NCBI RefSeq assembly: GCF_001545095.1
Contig: NZ_CP013213.1
Location: 1,740,001-1,772,000, forward strand
Length of the DNA: 32,000 nucleotides
Reading direction: 5' to 3'
From: Erysipelothrix larvae
Lineage (GTDB): Bacteria; Bacillota_I; Bacilli_A; Erysipelotrichales; Erysipelotrichaceae
Under the pieces are notes generated by a model, which did no database searches, was not told the origin of the DNA, and worked only from the letters and a program-made list of their open reading frames with translations. The translations under genes were made by a program, and so were the position numbers. How positions within the stretch are numbered: the first letter of the stretch is position 1; each line of letters begins with the position of its first letter. Shown piece after piece: positions 28,159 through 32,000 of this stretch.

Positions 28159-29388
28159 TTACTTCCCTTCATCCGCAAGTTTTATTTTTTCGTATGACTT
28201 AAAGAATGGATACCAAATTGCTAGGTAAATCACAAACAGGATAGCCCACCATAGGAAAGCCCTGATGTCTTCAGTAATCATCCAACTGCTTATAGGAGCA
28301 GGAACCTGACCCATTTGATTTGACTTAGTCGGAATATTTAATAAGCCAGCTCTCATTATAATCCACACATAAACTGGTCCTACTATGGCATTAATCCACA
28401 TAGGTAGCATCAATAACGGATTAAATACTACAGGTGCACCAAATATAATGGGTTCATTAATATTAAAGATTGATGGTGCAATAAATACTTTCCCCATTGA
28501 CTTTAATTCTTTTGATTTTGAGAACAACATTAAGAGATTAAGTCCCAATGTTGCACCCATACCACCCATTGTAATAAATGCGAGTGTAAATACTGATTCA
28601 CTGGTAACGATATTTGTTGCAGGCAGGCCTTGTGCTACTGCATTAATGTTTGCTTGAATTCCCGCCATATAAATTGGTGTTGTAATTGCTCCAAACATCC
28701 AACTTGATACACCCAACGAATAGAAGAATGCAGGAATAAAGCAAATAAGAATAAACCCTGGCAATGTTTGAGCAATATTTGCAATAGGCATAAATAATGA
28801 CAAAATAGCTTCCATGACATTTATCTCAAGTATAACAACTAATATCATTGCAGTACCTAAAGTGATTAAATTTGGGATAATAACATTAATCCAGTTAATT
28901 AAGAAGTCTGGAATATTACTATCTTTAAGAAATTCTAATTTCCCCCAAAGGTTGAATATTATCGCTACGAAAATTGCAACAATCATACCAACTGCAATTC
29001 CTGATGGACCAAGACTTCCCATTAGCGCATCAACACTTCCAGCATTCTCGCCTACTGGCATTACAACCATAAACAACGTCCCTATAGCCACAAGACCCGC
29101 ATTTATTGTGTATGCAGGGTGCCCTAACTTCTCCATAAGCTGATTTGTAATCATAAAGGTAATATATAGCGTCAATAAACCAAAGCTGTATGTCAAGATC
29201 GGTCCTAAATCTGGTAAGAAAGAAATATACTCTTTGAATACATTATAGAAAAAGATTACCGACCCAGTTAAGATAAATGGAATAACCTTTTGCATAGCAG
29301 CAGAAAGTCCTGCTAACCAAGGTCTATTGAATAATTCGTTTGCAGCTGGAGCAAATTTATTTGTCAGCCAATCCATAAATTTTTTCAT
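28159..29388 (-). CDS. PTS lactose/cellobiose-family EIIC permease (copy 3)
   Basis: 409 aa and polytopic. FNRPWLAGLSAAMQKVIPFILTGSVIFF and NINEPIIFGAPVVFNP blocks. SD sequence TAAGGAGAAAAAA. Confidence 0.9.
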   Translation of the reverse strand: MKKFMDWLTNKFAPAANELFNRPWLAGLSAAMQKVIPFILTGSVIFFYNVFKEYISFLPDLGPILTYSFGLLTLYITFMITNQLMEKLGHPAYTINAGLVAIGTLFMVVMPVGENAGSVDALMGSLGPSGIAVGMIVAIFVAIIFNLWGKLEFLKDSNIPDFLINWINVIIPNLITLGTAMILVVILEINVMEAILSLFMPIANIAQTLPGFILICFIPAFFYSLGVSSWMFGAITTPIYMAGIQANINAVAQGLPATNIVTSESVFTLAFITMGGMGATLGLNLLMLFSKSKELKSMGKVFIAPSIFNINEPIIFGAPVVFNPLLMLPMWINAIVGPVYVWIIMRAGLLNIPTKSNQMGQVPAPISSWMITEDIRAFLWWAILFVIYLAIWYPFFKSYEKIKLADEGK

Positions 29389-29741
29389 TTTTTCTCCTTA
29401 TATATGGTATTTCACTATTAAATTAATCGTATTATGCGCATATTATTTACCATTCACTAGCTTATGTCCTATATTCAAAGTCTCTCATATATATGCGGAT
29501 GTATTCAACGTGTTATTTTCACTATATAGTGCAATAATATATCAAGTATTTTTTATGGTAAATCATCGAAAAAGTGTTCTCATTTTACAGAGGTCATGTC
29601 TTTTACTAACAAAAGGATACAATCACCAACTTATGTAAAATATACTCCCATATATCGATATAAAGTGATCTACTGCTTTATATACAATTTCTATAAAGAG
29701 TTTAGGGAATCTATTATCAATTCGATAGATTTCTGCCTATT

Positions 29742-29798
29742 AAAAATAAAAAAGCCAATGGTCAATAAAGTACAACGTACTCTATTGCCCAATGGCTT
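29742..29798 (-). terminator. Rho-independent terminator after the SIS-domain gene
   Basis: On the minus strand: AAGCCATTGGGC...GACCATTGGCTT long stem (10 of 12 outer pairs plus an inner AGTAC/GTACT stem) followed by TTTTTTATTTTT. Confidence 0.7.
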
Positions 29799-29806
29799 AT
29801 CAAGAT

Positions 29807-30553
29807 TTATTTGTAACGATAGTGAATTTGATCTCGATATATCTTATATAAGTTCTCGTTTTTTTGATCACCACCATCAAGATTAGCACTTGTGAAGAAT
29901 GGCAAGTCTTTCAATCCTTCATCCACAAGTCTTTGAGCAAGTTGAGTGATTGCTTCATTAAGAATCACTGTAGCAATGATTGTTGAACTCGATGCCACTT
30001 TTTGCTGACTTCCTTCAAGTTCACAAATCGCATCCCCAATGACTCCATGATTGTCGATAATTAGATCAGACACTTCATATAAGCGTTTGCCGCTTGAGTG
30101 TCTTGACGAGACAGATTTTGAATATTCTAAGTTTGTGATTGCTACAACGTGTGCTCCATTTTCTTTTGCTACTAAAGCTACATCGATACCAGCGCTGTTT
30201 CGACCAGACACTGAATGAACAATAAGAAGATCGTTGGTTTTAAAATTTGCTTTCATTGCAATGACTCTACCATATCCCTCAAGTCGCTCAATTTGACTTG
30301 TAATAGTTATAGGCTCATTATCAATGGACAATTCCCGTGGAAATATTGGATTAAAGAGCATAAACCCTCCAGCACGATAATACATTTCACAACTAATAAT
30401 TCCTGCATGACCTGCACCAAATATATAGATACTTTGTTTATTCACGACCGCTTCGTAGAGCATTTCAGAAAGTGTTACAATTTTTTGTGTTTCTTCGTTG
30501 GATACACGTTCAATATTCTCTTTGATTTTATCAAAGAACTGGAAGGACATCAT
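29807..30553 (-). CDS. SIS (sugar isomerase/phosphosugar-binding) domain protein, UPF0309-like
   Basis: IYIFGAGHAGIISCEMYYRAGG and LIVHSVSGRNSAGIDVAL blocks are typical of SIS domains. Its start overlaps the EIIC stop (ATGA). Confidence 0.8.
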   Translation of the reverse strand: MMSFQFFDKIKENIERVSNEETQKIVTLSEMLYEAVVNKQSIYIFGAGHAGIISCEMYYRAGGFMLFNPIFPRELSIDNEPITITSQIERLEGYGRVIAMKANFKTNDLLIVHSVSGRNSAGIDVALVAKENGAHVVAITNLEYSKSVSSRHSSGKRLYEVSDLIIDNHGVIGDAICELEGSQQKVASSSTIIATVILNEAITQLAQRLVDEGLKDLPFFTSANLDGGDQKNENLYKIYRDQIHYRYK

Positions 30554-31815
30554 AGAATGCCACCAAACAGGCTAGCAATCCAACGTACAATTGAACCAAA
30601 GAATGAGAAGTCATTCCCTCCAAATATTAAGAGCCAGTTAGAAATCGTGTTTTGATACACCATTACAGAGATTCCCATGAACGCAACCATTACAATTGAA
30701 GCTACAACGGTTCCAATAATGGATCCGCGAAGTCCTCCTGTACCTTCTCCGATGACTGCAGCAGTCCCTACTTCAAAGAATGAAGTAATTACTAATGGAA
30801 TCAACATTACACCAAAGAGATTCATCGAGTTTGCGATAACAAGTGCCGCTGTAGATGTAATCATTGCAACAACAAACCCAAGAATTACTGCATTAGGCTT
30901 GTAGTTGAAGATAATTGGACAGTCAAATGCAGGTAATGCATCTGGAACAAGCTTCTCTGAGATCCCCTGAAATGCAGGAACGATTTGGTTTATCAACATA
31001 CGTACTCCTTGTAGCATGATGAGAAGACCTGCACCAAAACTAAGTCCGTTTTCCACGGCATACATAAAGAGATTTGATCCTTCTGGAGTTAACTCAGGAA
31101 TGATAAGTCCCACTACGATAAACATTATGAAGATTACAATGCCACCCGTAATGGATATTTCTCTTAAGAATGAAAGTCCTGAAGGTAGGTTGAGATCTTC
31201 TGTTGATTTTTCTGTGTTTCCAAACTTCGATGCTACAAATCCTGAAATGAGTGATAGCATACCTGTTGGATGCCCAATTGTAAATGACTCGTCACCTGTT
31301 GTCTTCCATACATACTTTCTCAGTACCCATGGCATAATTGACCAATACAATGCAGAACAGATTGCTCCAAAAATGATTAATGCAACGCCAGATAATCCAC
31401 CTTCAACACCTGCTGCAACGAAAATGAATGGGAACCACCAAATCATATGTCCTGTAAGAAAGATTGTTTTGATTGGGGTAAAGCGTGCAATAAGCAAATG
31501 AATCATTAGTCCTAAAAACATGGCCATCCCCACATCAGCCCCATATTGTGCCGTAAAGGTGACATCATTAAGTCCATCAGTTACAACACCTCCTACGATA
31601 TTTGAAAATGCAGTATTAATTGGTGCGATAGCCCCTACAAGCACACCCACGCCAAAGTCTAAGATAACCATGCCAAATGCCGCAAGTAGCGCTCCCTTAA
31701 TCACATCTCCAATTGGTTTCTTAAGAATCATCAATCCCGTTGCCGCGACCAACCCCAATAAAATTGACGGGTTACGAATGATATTCTGAGTTACAAAGTT
31801 GAATACAGCTTCCAT
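30550..31815 (-). CDS. PTS ascorbate-family EIIC (UlaA/SgaT-like)
   Basis: N-terminus MEAVFNFVTQNIIRNPSILLGLVAATGLMILKK, plus IFLTGHMIW, LQGVRMLINQIVPAFQGISEKLVPDALPAFDC and KPNAVILGF blocks, parallel E. coli UlaA. Confidence 0.88.
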   Translation of the reverse strand: MEAVFNFVTQNIIRNPSILLGLVAATGLMILKKPIGDVIKGALLAAFGMVILDFGVGVLVGAIAPINTAFSNIVGGVVTDGLNDVTFTAQYGADVGMAMFLGLMIHLLIARFTPIKTIFLTGHMIWWFPFIFVAAGVEGGLSGVALIIFGAICSALYWSIMPWVLRKYVWKTTGDESFTIGHPTGMLSLISGFVASKFGNTEKSTEDLNLPSGLSFLREISITGGIVIFIMFIVVGLIIPELTPEGSNLFMYAVENGLSFGAGLLIMLQGVRMLINQIVPAFQGISEKLVPDALPAFDCPIIFNYKPNAVILGFVVAMITSTAALVIANSMNLFGVMLIPLVITSFFEVGTAAVIGEGTGGLRGSIIGTVVASIVMVAFMGISVMVYQNTISNWLLIFGGNDFSFFGSIVRWIASLFGGIL

Positions 31816-31830
31816 TATATTTTCCTCCTC

Positions 31831-32000
31831 TTAAATATATTCTTGTAATTTTCCCTTTACCTCTTCTTTGTCCATATAACGATGAATCGCAACTACAGGA
31901 CATTTAACACTTGATCGTAGTTGTGTTGCAAGCTCGTTGCTTGTAAACACTAAGTCTACTTGCGCACCCTGGGCACTGCTAACATCCGTATTTTCTACTT
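31831..32000 (-). CDS. PTS ascorbate-family EIIB (UlaB/SgaB-like), C-terminal 56 codons only (5' end outside window)
   Basis: My own translation of the minus strand gives ...VENTDVSSAQGAQVDLVFTSNELATQLRSSVKCPVVAIHRYMDKEEVKGKLQEYI*. The stop is at 31831-31833, just before the EIIC SD (GAGGAGGA). The layout resembles the C-terminal half of UlaB. This ORF is not in the supplied track because it is truncated. Confidence 0.55.
   Translation of the reverse strand, partial: VENTDVSSAQGAQVDLVFTSNELATQLRSSVKCPVVAIHRYMDKEEVKGKLQEYI

Overview
This window looks like a low-GC Bacillota-type chromosomal segment: Gram-positive LPXTG sorting signal, lipoboxes, AGGAGG-type ribosome binding sites. Finer taxonomy cannot be settled from sequence alone. 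It is almost entirely a sugar-PTS and catabolic accessory region. I found no rRNA, tRNA, CRISPR array, transposase or integrase.

Gene order:
- A 5'-truncated kup K+ transporter, a small lipoprotein, and a large LPXTG-anchored GHL10-family glycosidase-like surface protein with nine 24-bp tandem repeats.
- A minus-strand block: transglutaminase/PNGase-like cysteine hydrolase, aspartate ammonia-lyase, CutC-family protein and M81 (MlrC-like) peptidase. A separately promoted lactose/cellobiose-family EIIC plus a small membrane protein follows.
- A divergent PRD/HTH regulator with a translationally coupled EIIA.
- A convergent EIIB-EIIC operon that ends in a short homolog of the GrdB N-terminal domain.
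- A malic enzyme-fumC operon and a secreted histidine-phosphatase lipoprotein.
- A second PRD regulator with an EIIC / GH1 6-phospho-beta-glycosidase / EIIB / EIIA operon.
- An ascorbate-family PTS (EIIB partial, EIIC) coupled to a SIS-domain protein.

Main observations:
1. The GH1 enzyme has Gln in place of the catalytic acid/base Glu (NQ instead of NE, as in plant myrosinases). All other catalytic blocks are intact.
2. The PNGase-like / AspA / CutC / M81 cluster is tied to a PTS. The neighbouring fumC-malic enzyme operon would complete a route from aspartate to pyruvate. This suggests an undescribed glyco-amino-acid or glycopeptide utilisation system.
3. An ATTTCCTAA motif recurs in the same orientation upstream of these operons.
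4. A GrdB-N-terminal-like protein sits inside a PTS operon.
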